Part shown: in pieces, positions 1 to 11,373 of the stretch
Layout: every line of letters begins with the position of its first letter
Numbering within the stretch: the first letter of the stretch is position 1
Assembly: GCA_001949185.1 (NCBI GenBank)
Contig: BDGG01000014.1
Coordinates: 1 to 64,000, forward strand
Reading direction: 5' to 3'
DNA length: 64,000 nt
Source of the DNA: Ramazzottius varieornatus
Lineage: Eukaryota; Animalia; Tardigrada
Position numbers and translations under genes: made by a program
The notes under the pieces: generated by a model
The model's input: the letters and a program-made list of their open reading frames with translations, nothing else
Database searches by the model: none
Told to the model about the DNA's origin: nothing

Positions 1-1515
1 CATCAGAGACATTATCCGCGGACAGTACAAGGAGAAACGCCACATCGCCCTTGAGACTTTACTGCCGCTTGTTGTCGATAAAGTTGGGTTGAAAGTATCT
101 CGTGCTACCCTTTATCGTACACTGCGTCGGATGGGTTTTGCTTACCGAGAGCGTACAACCGAACATCTCTTCGTCGATCCATTGCTCAAGGTTAGACGAA
201 TTCAGTACATTCGTGCTATGCGCCACTTTCGTTCTGACCAACACTGTCTGATCGCCTACCTTGACGAAACCTGGCTGAACGAGAACTATCAGCCGAAGAA
301 AAGCTGATCGGAGTTGGACAAGACTCGTTCCCAAAAAGGACCTGTCAAGTTCCCCTGTCAAGACTGCGGAGCACCTCACCCTTCGGGCGCAGGAAAACGG
401 CTCGTCACCTTCGACGTTGTTACCCCTGTGGGCTTCGTTCCAAACTGCGGATTGGTCTGGAATGCGACGAAGCATCAAGGCGACTACCACGGAAACTTCA
501 ACTACGCCAACTACGAGAAGTAAGCAACTGTTCGAAAAGCTGACGAATCAATCAATGAAATAAAATGTCGATGGTTCTGTTCAGTTTTTGATTCTGAAAA
601 AATCCGTAAACATGATTGACTTCGAGAAATGGCCCGTTCGACTGCAAACTGTAGAAAAATTTTGAGAAAATCCATTTTTCCCCGTTAGCTCTGCATCCCG
701 TGGATGGATTTTGTCGACATGAGCAAACAAAATGCAGATCTCGCCGAGCTTCACGAGCAACAGTGTTGTTCCTTGGAAAAAGATTTTCAGGAAGTCTGTT
801 TTTGGAACCTGCTCGTAGTTTTGCGGTATCGGTTCTGACAATATGCGTTTGCAGGTTCATGAAGGAAACTGTAGTGCCGTCGCTGAAAGACTTCGCCCTT
901 GATCGCGGCTACAAGACCATAGTCGTGATTAAGGATAACGCTACCTACCACTCAAGACTCCTGGAAGAATACAAGAGACCCAAGCGCGCCAGGAAAGAGA
1001 TCAAAGAGTGGCTCGACGGACACAACATTGAGTACGAGGGACATGAGTCGGTACCGGAGCTGTGGCTGAAAGTGACTGATTTTCTCAACAACTTCCGAGC
1101 AAACAAGTACTATATGGATACCTACCTGAAAGCAGAAGGAATCAAGACGGTCCGGCTTCCGCCGCACCACTGCGATTTCAACCGTATCGAGAAGTGCTGA
1201 GCTCGTCGTAAGGTATGGGTAGCCAAAAACAACAAGACCTGGAAACTGGATGATCTCGAGAAGTTGTGGTACGATTCTCGATTCGAAATGCAGCAGCATG
1301 ATTTCGATAATATTTTTAACCGTGTTGAAAAGATAGAAAATCAGTTCTGGGAGATCGACTTGCGTGAAAGTGAGTTGGAAGCCAGAGAGAACGAGATGAC
1401 GCAGTACTACCTAGCCGAATTTGGAGGTAGCTTCAAACTGTTTAGCGTTGATCAAGATGACAAGAATGATTCCGCTTCGGAGGTTGATTTCTCGTGGATG
1501 ATGGGTGATGTTTAG
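1..1515 (+). mobile_element. IS630-Tc1-mariner transposase pseudogene, Sailor-type (DD84E), with a spliceosomal intron; 5' end outside window
   Basis: Motifs YLDETW, GAGKRLV, GDYHGNFN, IKDNATYHS, RLPPHHCDFNRIE; 84 residues between second D and E. Phase-2 intron 520-854 (gtaagc...ttgcag) joins YEK/FMKE. In-frame stops at 305-307 and 1198-1200. Confidence 0.85.
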
Positions 1516-1904
1516 TTATGATTGAGAGTAGTCTGTGATGGATTTGTGCAGTATTCTTCTTTCGGTTGAGGTGTTTACTTTTGTCCATTTGACTGAATCA
1601 GATAGAGAGACGTCCAGTTTTTGTTTTACCTATGCTGTCACTACGATATGAAAATTACTCGGAGAATTGAATGTCCTTGGCCGGGCATGATTTACGCGTA
1701 CGACTGCGTACAGAGCCATACATAACGGGTATTAGAGATCCTATCAGCCGATCTTCCCCGGTAGCGGGATGACCAAGAGCTGATCTCAACTTTCTGTAAC
1801 GGCCATTCGCTTCCCACGAGCTAAACAAAACTTACGACCGTTTCAGATTTTGGGAAAGATGGCGCGGCCAGGCGCCATCTTTCCTAAGCTCTGTTTCAGA
1901 TTTT

Positions 1905-4386
1905 TTGAGAACGATGGCGGGGCCAGGCTACCCAAAGTACTACGCACCGGCAGATGAAACAGAGCTTAGAATGGTGGGAAGTGACGGAAAGCAACACGCA
2001 AAGTGTAACCACGGAAAGTTTACAAGAATATACAAGATACGTCTAACTTCCACACTCACATGGAACGTCAGAATCTGCACAAGCTGAAGCAGGAAAACAG
2101 GAACAAGCCCATCCTTGCAGCATTCCTACCGGAAAGTAAGGATAATCCGAGGATTATGTCCAGGAGAGAAAGCGATCATCATAAAGCTGACCTTACAGAC
2201 TGGACAGTCGGTACAGCAAAGCCCATCAGTACCGTCGACGAGTCCGAAGTTGCCAAGTTCTGTAATGGTCTGAATACCGATTATAAGGCAGTGATATCTC
2301 CATGTTATGACGATTATAATTCGTATTTTTGGTATTCAAATGGTGAATTCTCCCGTGTGCTTCTAGATTCATGTCGTCAAACCGTGAGGAAGCTGATAGT
2401 CAGTAGCTACGAGAAAAGGAACCTGGAGGTCATCAAAAGAGCTAGCGTCGATGGACAGCAGGTTTTCCATCACCTTGGACATGTGGGAGGCAAGCCAAGT
2501 GTCAGTCCTACCTCGTAATCACGCTGCACTGGATCGACAGCCGGTGGAAGATGCGGAATATCATTCTCGACTTTGGATACATTCCCAGGAAGCTTTCGGG
2601 AGAGCGTATGAAGGACGTTGCCATTGACGCCCTTCGAGAGTACGAGATCGCTCATAAAGTATTCGGAGTGTCGACGGATGGGGCACTCAACAAGGTAACG
2701 TTTTCTGAGTTGCTTCAGAAAGAGATGGAAGTAGAGAGGAACAACTCGAAGATCTTACCCGAAGGTGAGAAGTTTCAATTCACGAAATATAATTCGTATT
2801 TATGTAATTCGCTAAAGAACGTTGACTGAAAAGTTATGGTATTTCGCAGTGCCTTCGTTTTAGAATTGGTGTGCGGCGCATATTGTGAACCTTGTAGCGG
2901 AAGTCGCGACCAAGAAGGAAGATGAGACGGTGTCCAAGATCCGAACCTGTGTGACGCACCTACGTCGCGCTACAACACTCGAGTCTTTCCTTGAGTTCGT
3001 CAAAGAAGATCTGAAGTTACCGCTGGACGTGCCCACGCGCTGGAATAGTCTGCTTCATATGGTCGAGGTGGCTTACGCTCGACGAGACCAGATTCGGGCT
3101 TTCTTGTGGACAGGAGCGGCCTCCATCAAAGACCAGATCTCCACGAAGACGAGTGGTTCGATATGGCGGATTTGATTGAGCTGCTAAAACCTCTCGAAGT
3201 CATCTCCACGGACGTTTCCGCTCACAAGACCGGACGTTCCGTTTAGGGTTGGATGAACTGGAGTTTCCACGGACGCACCTTCACAACTTCGCAGAAGACG
3301 ACTCAAAGGTGTCACTAGTTTTACCATCGGCATATTGACAATATTATAGTCGTGCGTGTGATATCACGAGCTATAACACGTGTTTTCGTAACGCTCACTT
3401 GGGTTTCTAGGCGCTATGGATATGTGAAGTCGCGAGAGATATGGAGATAAAGTTGGAAGAATCGATGAAGCTGTCGTGCAAGAAGCAAGGGAGCCTGACT
3501 CCTATGCCCATGACAGCGTGGCTGCTGGATCCAACTATCAAAGACGCCTACCTGGATACGCAAGAAAGTCGTGGTACGGCCGCACGGTTCTCAGGCACGT
3601 CCTGCAACTGTACGAAGCAGCATCCAGGTATTTTCGATTGACGTAGTATAGCGCACAAATTATAATTTGTCAGAGTAAAATCGACTTGTACCGTCAAAGA
3701 CGAATGAAGATCCAGTTTGGTGTGTTGATGTCACTGCAGGCGCAATGGCGACGAAACTACCGTGCCAGCTCCTTCCGCTGTCAGAACCCATCTGTCCATC
3801 CGTGAACAGATTGCAGCGAAAGCTACAGCTGGGCCTATGACTCAATTGAATGAAGTCGAAGCGTACTTCTCGGGTCCCAACGTGCCAACTGAAAGAGACG
3901 TTTCAGAGTTTTGGGATTTGCCAGTGAAGCGTTATCCTGTTCTATGCCGTGTAGCAAAGATGTCTTAGCCGTGCAGCTTTCTTCCGTGCCTTCGGAAGGT
4001 TCATTTTCTACCAGTGGTCGGTACATTACTGCCCTACGAAACCGATTAGAGCCGGAAGCCTTACAGGCTATGTTGTGTTTAAGGTCTTAGGATTTTATTT
4101 TCGAGTACATGCAGACTATGTTGTCGGAGGATTATTAAATTGTATCGTCTATGCTGTCCGGCAACAAAGCATGTCAAAACCTGCGAATCATAATTTTTTG
4201 TGTCATCTGTAAGTCTCTAAGCCAAGCTTCAAGTTCTTATCCGGATAAGATCCGGATCATCCGGATAGAATCCATCGGCAACTGATTCGGATGGGAGTTC
4301 TATCCATCCGACTGCTTTCTGGATCAATCCGGATCGGCATCTGATCCCATCCGGATGACTGTCTGATCCATCCGTTAACAACCCTA
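1905..4386 (+). mobile_element. Degenerate hAT DNA transposon: intron-containing transposase pseudogene plus right terminus
   Basis: Fragments ITLHWID..MRNIILDF, STDGA, CAAHIVNL (CxxH), LDVPTRWNS, LLDP and dimerisation domain FW..RYPVLCRVAK..SSVPSEGSFS..RNRL (ends ~4090); several frameshifts and stops. ATCCGGAT-type subterminal repeats at 4239-4372 end in AACAACCCTA (4386), a TAGGG-type hAT end. Left end not found. Confidence 0.85.
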
Positions 4387-4426
4387 CTACTCGATGCATT
4401 TGTTGACTTTGTTCCGTATTACGTGA

Positions 4427-4483
4427 CAACTCAACATATCAATAAGTAGCTCCAATCAACTCAACATAAGTAGCTCCAATCAA
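4427..4483. repeat. Short tandem duplication (CAACTCAACATA...TAAGTAGCTCCAATCAAC) at the LINE 5' junction
   Basis: ATAAGTAGCTCCAATCAAC occurs twice in tandem between the hAT end and the LINE ORF. Confidence 0.7.
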
Positions 4484-4532
4484 CCGAACCACCTGTTGAT
4501 TTTGTGGCGCCGTATGCCTGTGGCTGCCTGAG

Positions 4533-7500
4533 TTGTCCTCGCTTACAGAAATGTCCAACGTACGAGGAAACACCGACGGGGAACTGGGGAAGCAGCTGAT
4601 CTTTCGGTACGCTAACCTGAACGGGATCAAGTCGAAGTCGGAAGAGCTGAAAGCGTGGACGGAAAGAGGAAAGGTGGACATAGGTGCCTTCGTCGAAACA
4701 TGGGCCGATGACAGCGTTACGGATACGTTGATTGCTGATTTGGAGAAGTACAAAGTCCATAGGAAAGACCGAGCTGGTTGTCGAAAGGAGGGTGGTGGTG
4801 GCGTCGCTATCATAGTCCAGAAGGATCTTCACACGCTGAGAGCTACTGAGTATGAAGTGGAAGGACTAGAGCTCATGTGGGTAAAGGTTGTGGGGATGAA
4901 GATGGTCGCGCTGGTTGGTGTCCTATATGCTCCAGGATACGACATGGAAGTCTTTGCAAAACTTCGGTGCTCCCTGGAGAAGATTCCACCTTACCTCCGA
5001 AGAAACATGATTCTGGTAAATGACTTTAACTGTCCTGATATCGACTGGGAAGACTTGTCAGCCAAGAAACCTCGGACAAGGGAGCTACTTTCCGTCATCA
5101 AAGAGTTCGCGCTGTTCCAAAGGGTGCGAGGGTTGACCAGGGAACGTAACGGATCATCATCGTGCCTGGACCTCCTCTTCGTCACCCAGCTGAGCCTTGT
5201 CCGCCAAGTCAATATTCTGCCCAAGCTGACTTTCTCCAACGACCACTGTGGACTCCAGTGCCTTATAAAGCTGTGGATAGTCAACTTCCCGGCTCCGCCA
5301 AAGCCAGTATGGGTATTTCAGACCGGAAGTCAGCAAGAATTCCGTAAAGAGGTTACGAGTGTTAACTGGGCATCCTTCTTTGACGCGCACTGTAACTCAG
5401 ATGTGGCCTCCGTCACCTTCGAAGCTAAAGTGGTGGAAATTGCGCAGAAACACTTCAGGCTGAAGAAAGTTGGATCAAGACGTCTTAACCGACCATCACT
5501 CTCCCCACGGACTATTGACAGTCTTAAGAGACGTGACGCGGCATTCCGGAAATGGACCAAGACTAAAGATTCAATGGACTACAACCTGTGGGTGGACTGT
5601 GCAAGGGACACTAAGAGGCTCCTGAAGACCAGTAGATCGAGACAACTCCGAAACATCGCCACTCTGTCTAGAAGATGTCCAGAAGCGCTATGGAAGTACG
5701 TCAAGCGGTCATCCAAGTCTGAGAGCCTTCCTCCCATTCCCGTACCTGGCGCCGTTGAGAAGTACCTGGTCCACCCAAAAGACAAAGCAGAATACATAGC
5801 CAGCGTTTTCCTGAAGGATTATGGCTCGTGCGCAGCACACTGTCAACCATACAACAATCAAGTCCCTTCGACAGCTACAAGATGTAAAGAGTGGCTGCCA
5901 AGTTTGAATGTGACCGGACCGGAAGTGTGGGAAGTACTTCGGAAACTCCTCGGCCAGAAGGCTGCAGGTTCGTCCCTTTTGACAAACGCTCTCATCAAAG
6001 CAGCTGGCACAGCCCTCGTCTATCCTCTCACGCGTCTCTTCAATCTTGTCCTCTGCACCAAGCAGTATCCCACCTCCTGGAAGAAGGCCGATGTGGTACC
6101 AGTCCCGAAGAAAGGCGGCGCCACCTGGAGACCGATCTCTCTTCTATCGCCTCTGTCCAAAATCTTTGAGAAAGTTCTAGCTATTCGAATTTTGAGCTTC
6201 TTAGAGGAGAACCGTGTGTTGACTACGAGACAGTTCGGTTTCAGGTCGAAGAGATCCACTGAAGTGCAGCTACTCCATATGGTCCATCGATGGTCGCAAG
6301 GTCTGTCGGAGAAGAAGGAAGTGGAAGCAGTTTTTCTAGACTGCACCAAGGCGTTCGACAGAGTCCCCCACGAAGTGCTGGTCAGGAGCCTACAAGATCA
6401 TGGTATCACCGGCGACCTGCTGGACCTAATGGCCGACTACCTGCGAGGCAGGACTCAAAGAGTAACGGTTGGAGGCTACTACAGTGAGTACAGTGAAGTC
6501 CGGTCAGGCGTTCCCCAAGGTTCCGTTCTGGGCCCACTGCTCTTCATTGTTGCGGTGAACAAGCTCTCCGTGTCGGTCAGGTGCGAGCTCTACCAGTATG
6601 CTGACGACCTGGTAGCCCATCAAGTGATCAGCAAGCCCGAAGACTGCCGAGCCTTTCAAGAAAGTCTGGACCAGTTGGGTGAGAACTGCGAAGAAGCTGG
6701 GCTGAGCCTAAACCCAAGCAAGTCGCAGCATGTCCGCATATCATTCAAGAGATCCGGGAGTGTCCCTGTCCCTCAGGGTAACTACTCCATCAGCGGTCAG
6801 AAGATCCCGACAAAGAGCCAAACGACGTGCTTGGGGGTCGTACTCGACCGGAAGCTGAACTGGACGGCGCAGATCGACGCAGTGACAGCGAAGTGCCGGA
6901 AGCGGCTCCACGCCATCCGGTCGTACTTTCCCCTGCAGCTTGGCGCGGCAAGGCAACTGCTGTACATTAGCCTAGTTCGTCCTGTTGCCGAATACGCCTG
7001 CTCAGTGTGGAACCCCACGAACCACAAGCACCAAAGACAGCTGGAGCAAGTCCAAAAAGATTTTCTCAAGAGCATCCGGCTGAGCAAGATACCCAAAGGA
7101 CAGCATGATGGAGACTTCAGCCAGTACAGACAGCACCTGGCAGAAGTCAAATGGGACTACCTGTGGACAAGACGGGTCAAGGCCGTGTTGGTAAACGGTT
7201 TCAAGATATGGACAAAGAAATGTCCAACGTTGGGCGGCTCCTGCTGAACGTATCCAGGCCTGTGCAGCAACCACCAACTCGAGCAAACACGAGGAGCCAG
7301 ACCTGCACAGGAGTTCCGGAAGGCAAAGTATGGGCCCAGCCGGCTACAAGAATTAAAGAAAAAGATACTCTGAATGTTACTTCTGATACCTTCGCGTACG
7401 TAGCTTCTGCCTTGATCAACGATAAGAATTTCCGCCCATCTCCGGCAAACTGTCAAAGTCTCGCTGTTTTCAAGTCCTATCTCGATCGCCTAGACTTCCA

Positions 7501-7668
7501 AAAATTCTCGTGGTGTAGTCAGAACGTAGATAGTTGCTTGTTGTGATTGTTTTTGTATTATTTTGGATCCTTTCTCTGATGGCTCTCTTGCCAAATTTTT
7601 CAACTTGTGTCTAAGGCTGAGCATCTGCTGGCGATCCAAACACGAGTAAAGCGGTTATTAATCAATCA
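4533..7668 (+). mobile_element. Non-LTR retrotransposon (CR1/L2-group LINE) ORF2: APE endonuclease plus reverse transcriptase, probably 5'-truncated
   Basis: 904-aa ORF with YANLNG, ETW, GGGVA, NDFN, LDLLF, NDH (APE) and WRPISLL, QFGFR, LDCTKAFDRVPH, GVPQGSVLGPLLF, YADD (RT). C-terminus continues after a frameshift near 7220 in ORF 7151-7546 (SLAVFKSYLD). Short ATCA-repeat tail at ~7660. No ORF1 seen. Confidence 0.93.
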
Positions 7669-7858
7669 GGCGAACACCTTTTGCTGTTGAGCATTAACAG
7701 ATGTTTGCCGTTCCTTTCGTTCACCGGCCATTTCGCAATCGCAACGTTTTTGACTTTTGCGTTCCTTGTAACTTTTCTTCTTTTAGTCCTTTTGCCTTTA
7801 GTCCATTGTTGTGTCGATATCTCCACATCCTGCGAAATTCGGAAATTTGTGGGAAACT

Positions 7859-9334
7859 ATGGAGGAAATGCGGTTGACGAAAGAGACCTTAGACAGCAGC
7901 GACGATGAAGCTTCTCCCTCGGATGATCCCGAGGCTGTGGGGGAGAGGACACGTGGTCCAGCAAACGAACTTGCAATGGCTGGAAACCACGTGGCTTTGG
8001 AAAGTGGGTGTCCGCTTGATTTGCTTGCTGATAAATCGTTGATTGATCATCCACTATTCCGTAGATTTGTCCTTCTCCACTCCGATTCTTCCCGAAACCT
8101 CCGTCGACGCTCTGGACCTCCAGCAATTCCTTACGATCACCACAGATGAACCCGATAGTCCAGGAGACGAGTCTGATGTCGAGTCGGAAGCAGAAAGCAT
8201 CAAGACTACGGGCACGACGACCAGATCGTACATTTCACAATCTGATCGCCGACCACCTTCCCCATACGATGGCATCGTTCGCCTACCTGTCGACGCATCC
8301 CCCATCGTCAAAGACGATTTCCGACTCCTTCCCGAGACTACGCTGACCAAAATTGGTTCCGTGCGGAACATCCTCGAAAACGTTGTGGTGATTCAAGCCG
8401 TCGATCCGAAAGTATTCCCCACGCTTGATCTACATTCCGTCCTGTTCCTCAACCACACAACTCCACTCGGTAAGTATATTCCCTCATCTCCAAGCCCCAT
8501 TAATGACGATAGACATGTTTTATCTTGTAGGTAGGGTGTTTGACGTGTTCGGGAACGTCGATAAGCCTTTCTACTCGCTCCGTTTCGAAGCCGAAGAAGA
8601 CATCGAGAAGTTCGAAGGCTTGACCATTGGCACCGACGTCTTCGCCGTTCCCACCGACCCTCAGCTGACTGCCTACGTCTTCGTGAACGACCTCTTCAAG
8701 CTGAAAGGGACAGATGCCGTTGGCGAAGACAACCTGGAACTTCCTCCTGAGCTGCAAGACTTCTCAGACGACGAGAAAGAACGTCAGGCAAAGCAGGAAG
8801 CCCAAAGACGCAAGCGGACTCACTACCATGCAGCTCAAGCACCGCAAGGTGGGGAACGTAGTGGACATGGTGTTCCGGGTCTGAATCTACCTTCTCCTCG
8901 AGCTGGTGTAGATCAACAGCGGTCCCATCCTGCCCACCAGCGAGGAAATGGCTTCCACAGCTCGTCGGTTCGTCCACATCAACCGACGCACAACACTAAC
9001 AACGGTCAGCCTATGGTTCAATAAAAACATTCTAATTTTGTTCTCTTTTCTTTATCTTTATTTCTCATTTGATCCTTTTGTAGTGGGAAGTTCGATCACC
9101 TTTTCTTCCAAAGTCCAACCAGAGAACCCGATGTTGACGTCGCTGAATGGCAACATCGCTTCAGCTCCGGTAACGTTTCCGACTAGTATACCTTCACTTA
9201 CCCCTGCTCAGCCTTTGAATACCGATCCGAAAACTCTTCCGAGTGCCGAAGTTTTGTTTTACAATCCAAATACCGATGCTACTTTAGCGGCGCGCAAACC
9301 CAAACCGTCTCTCTTCCGAAGCTTTATGCGATAA
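7859..9334 (+). CDS. NAF1: H/ACA snoRNP assembly factor NAF1 (Gar1/Naf1 domain); exons ~7859-8003, 8065-8469, 8531-9004, 9084-9334
   Basis: Acidic/Ser-rich N-terminus, then LGRVFDVFGNVDKPFYSLRF and KGTDA..DNLELPPELQDFSDDEKE, the Naf1 signature. Three phase-1 GT-AG introns restore the frame; the last donor is less certain. Confidence 0.9.
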
Positions 9335-9344
9335 CGGATTTTAG

Positions 9345-9436
9345 CGTTCTACAATGGCGCACGGCTTCAGTGATATTGGCTGGAAGCGTGCGCCACGTGG
9401 TGCAACGATCTGGCCGAGTTTGATTGTCGGGCCCCC
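9345..9436. repeat. Palindromic ~120-bp element family, copy A
   Basis: TGGCGCAC-N25-GTGCGCCA core (9355-9395) followed by GATCTGGCCGAG; lies 20 nt after the NAF1 stop. Confidence 0.7.
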
Positions 9437-10475
9437 ATATTTTGTGCAAAGTAAAGCGATTCTGGTTGGTGTTCTAAATGGAAAATACAAACCTGAGACA
9501 GCGATTTTCAAATAATTCTGTCAAACAATATCTCACGGTGTTCAGAGCTCGCTGAAACGTTTTTCGGGTTACATGTGCAAATGTGGCACCTCTTTGACTT
9601 GTCTTTCCGTGTCTAAATCACCTGCGAAGCTACTTATTATGCCATCAATCTATATGTTCGACCATCTCATTATCGCTTCTTGTTTTTTTGTTCTGCTGTC
9701 TTTTGTTCACTGAAGCAGTTATTGTGGGCAGTTCGCTCGTATTCTACAGCCGGCCTCTTGAAAATCTTCAATCGAGTGTTCTTTCTATCCACGACGGGGT
9801 ATTTTGTTTGTTTGGTATCGGCGTATGGTACGTGTATGCGTAACATGTAACGATTCGCTTGGATGATTACTTTGGCTGCAGGGTATAGTATCACGGTTTG
9901 CAGAACACAAATTGGTCCCTTTGAGTCGTTCGTGTGAGTATTTCGCTTCCGTTGTTGCGCACCGGCATTTACGGCCTTGGCGAGACTACTTCTATCTGAC
10001 ACAGTTATTTCTCATCATTTGTATCACTCCACTGCGTCAGCGCCAACCAGCGTAATACCATACTCTTGGCCGTCTCGCCAACGGGTCGAAAGAACATCGA
10101 AAAGATTCAGGTAACTGCAGCAAGCCGCTAATCTTTCTTCTGATCATGACATTGGAGCGCATGTTTTCATTTTAGATGTACCGGAAGAGGGTAGTCTACT
10201 ACACGCAGAACGACGACTGACCATCGCACTTGAGTGACGGTGAGTTCATCTCACAATGGTTTTGTGACGTTTGTCAGTTTAACTCGCTGGACTCTGATGT
10301 AAACGATTCGATCGAAGCATGAAGAATTCTCTGAAAAGAATTCCCGGTTAGTTGTTCCACTTGATTGTTTTCGTGGACTGTAAGATTTCCAGCAAACGAC
10401 TTCAGCAAGAATGCTTTCCTACGTCGCGCACCTATTTAGTGCTATCGACTGGATTTGAGCGCTATTTGGAAGAGC

Positions 10476-10566
10476 GATTTTGTCCAGTTTTTCCGAGTGG
10501 CGCACGATTCCAGTATTATTGGTTCAACTCGTGCACCACGTGGAAGAGTGATCTTGCCGAGTTCGT
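10476..10566. repeat. Palindromic element family, copy B
   Basis: GAGTGGCGCAC-N25-GTGCACCACGTG, then GATCTTGCCGAG. Confidence 0.7.
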
Positions 10567-11220
10567 TTTCCGAGCTTGCAAGTAATTTCCTCTCATCTCA
10601 CATTCGGACATCGAGACGGGGCGTGGTTCTGGGGATGAAGAAGAATACTTTGGGTTTCAATCTATTCACGCATTGTTTTCGTTTTTAAAGCGTTAGGTAA
10701 TTTATCTCGATAGCGGGAAAACTTTTTCCGAATATTTTGGTTGTTTTACGGCCTTGCGCATAGCGTGATTCTGACATGTTGTCATTGCACCTCGCTCATC
10801 TCCATAGCGTGCAATGAAAACCCGTCAAAACATCAATTTGTGTTCGGCACGTCGGTCAAAAGTCGGTCTTGGGGTCAATTTGTGCAGGTGTGCATTTTTT
10901 CGTAGACTATACCTTGTCACGTTATTTTCTAAAGTCCGTCCGCCATCGTGTCCACCGTAAAAAGCCGGTATGGTCGGACGATGTACCGCTCTTTTTGCTT
11001 TTTTCCTCTCCCACGTTCGTGCCCGAATGTAGAACGACAGGCGAACAATCTTTCCACCATTGTGAACGAACAAAGAGAATCTGTCCACCCATAAATCTTC
11101 ATTAAATCTCGATAAACCCACCTGTGGCACGTCTTTCAGGCCATTTCTTTTTATTGACAATAATCCTTTGGCATGTATGAAAAGCAACGCGTGGGCCGAC
11201 CGACCGTTATACTGCCACAT

Positions 11221-11310
11221 GAGACGTCGACAACTGAATTCACCCAAATCATTTTCGCAAGTGGCGCACACTCTTTGCCAACAACAATGAGAACGTGCGC
11301 CGCTTGACAT
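11221..11310. repeat. Palindromic element family, copy C
   Basis: GAGACGTCGACAA..AATTCACCC..CAAGTGGCGCAC-N25-GTGCGCCGCTTG, just upstream of the LRR gene acceptor/ATG. Confidence 0.75.
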
Positions 11311-11373
11311 AACGGGGAAGCGCCCCACGTTGTGCAGCGTAATTCCATTCTCTCGAAACTTTTTGTGTTACAG

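Noticed and set aside
9670-11328. Intergenic ORFs of 77-167 aa between NAF1 and the LRR gene
   Set aside because: No recognisable domains or coherent splice structure; they overlap repeat copies.
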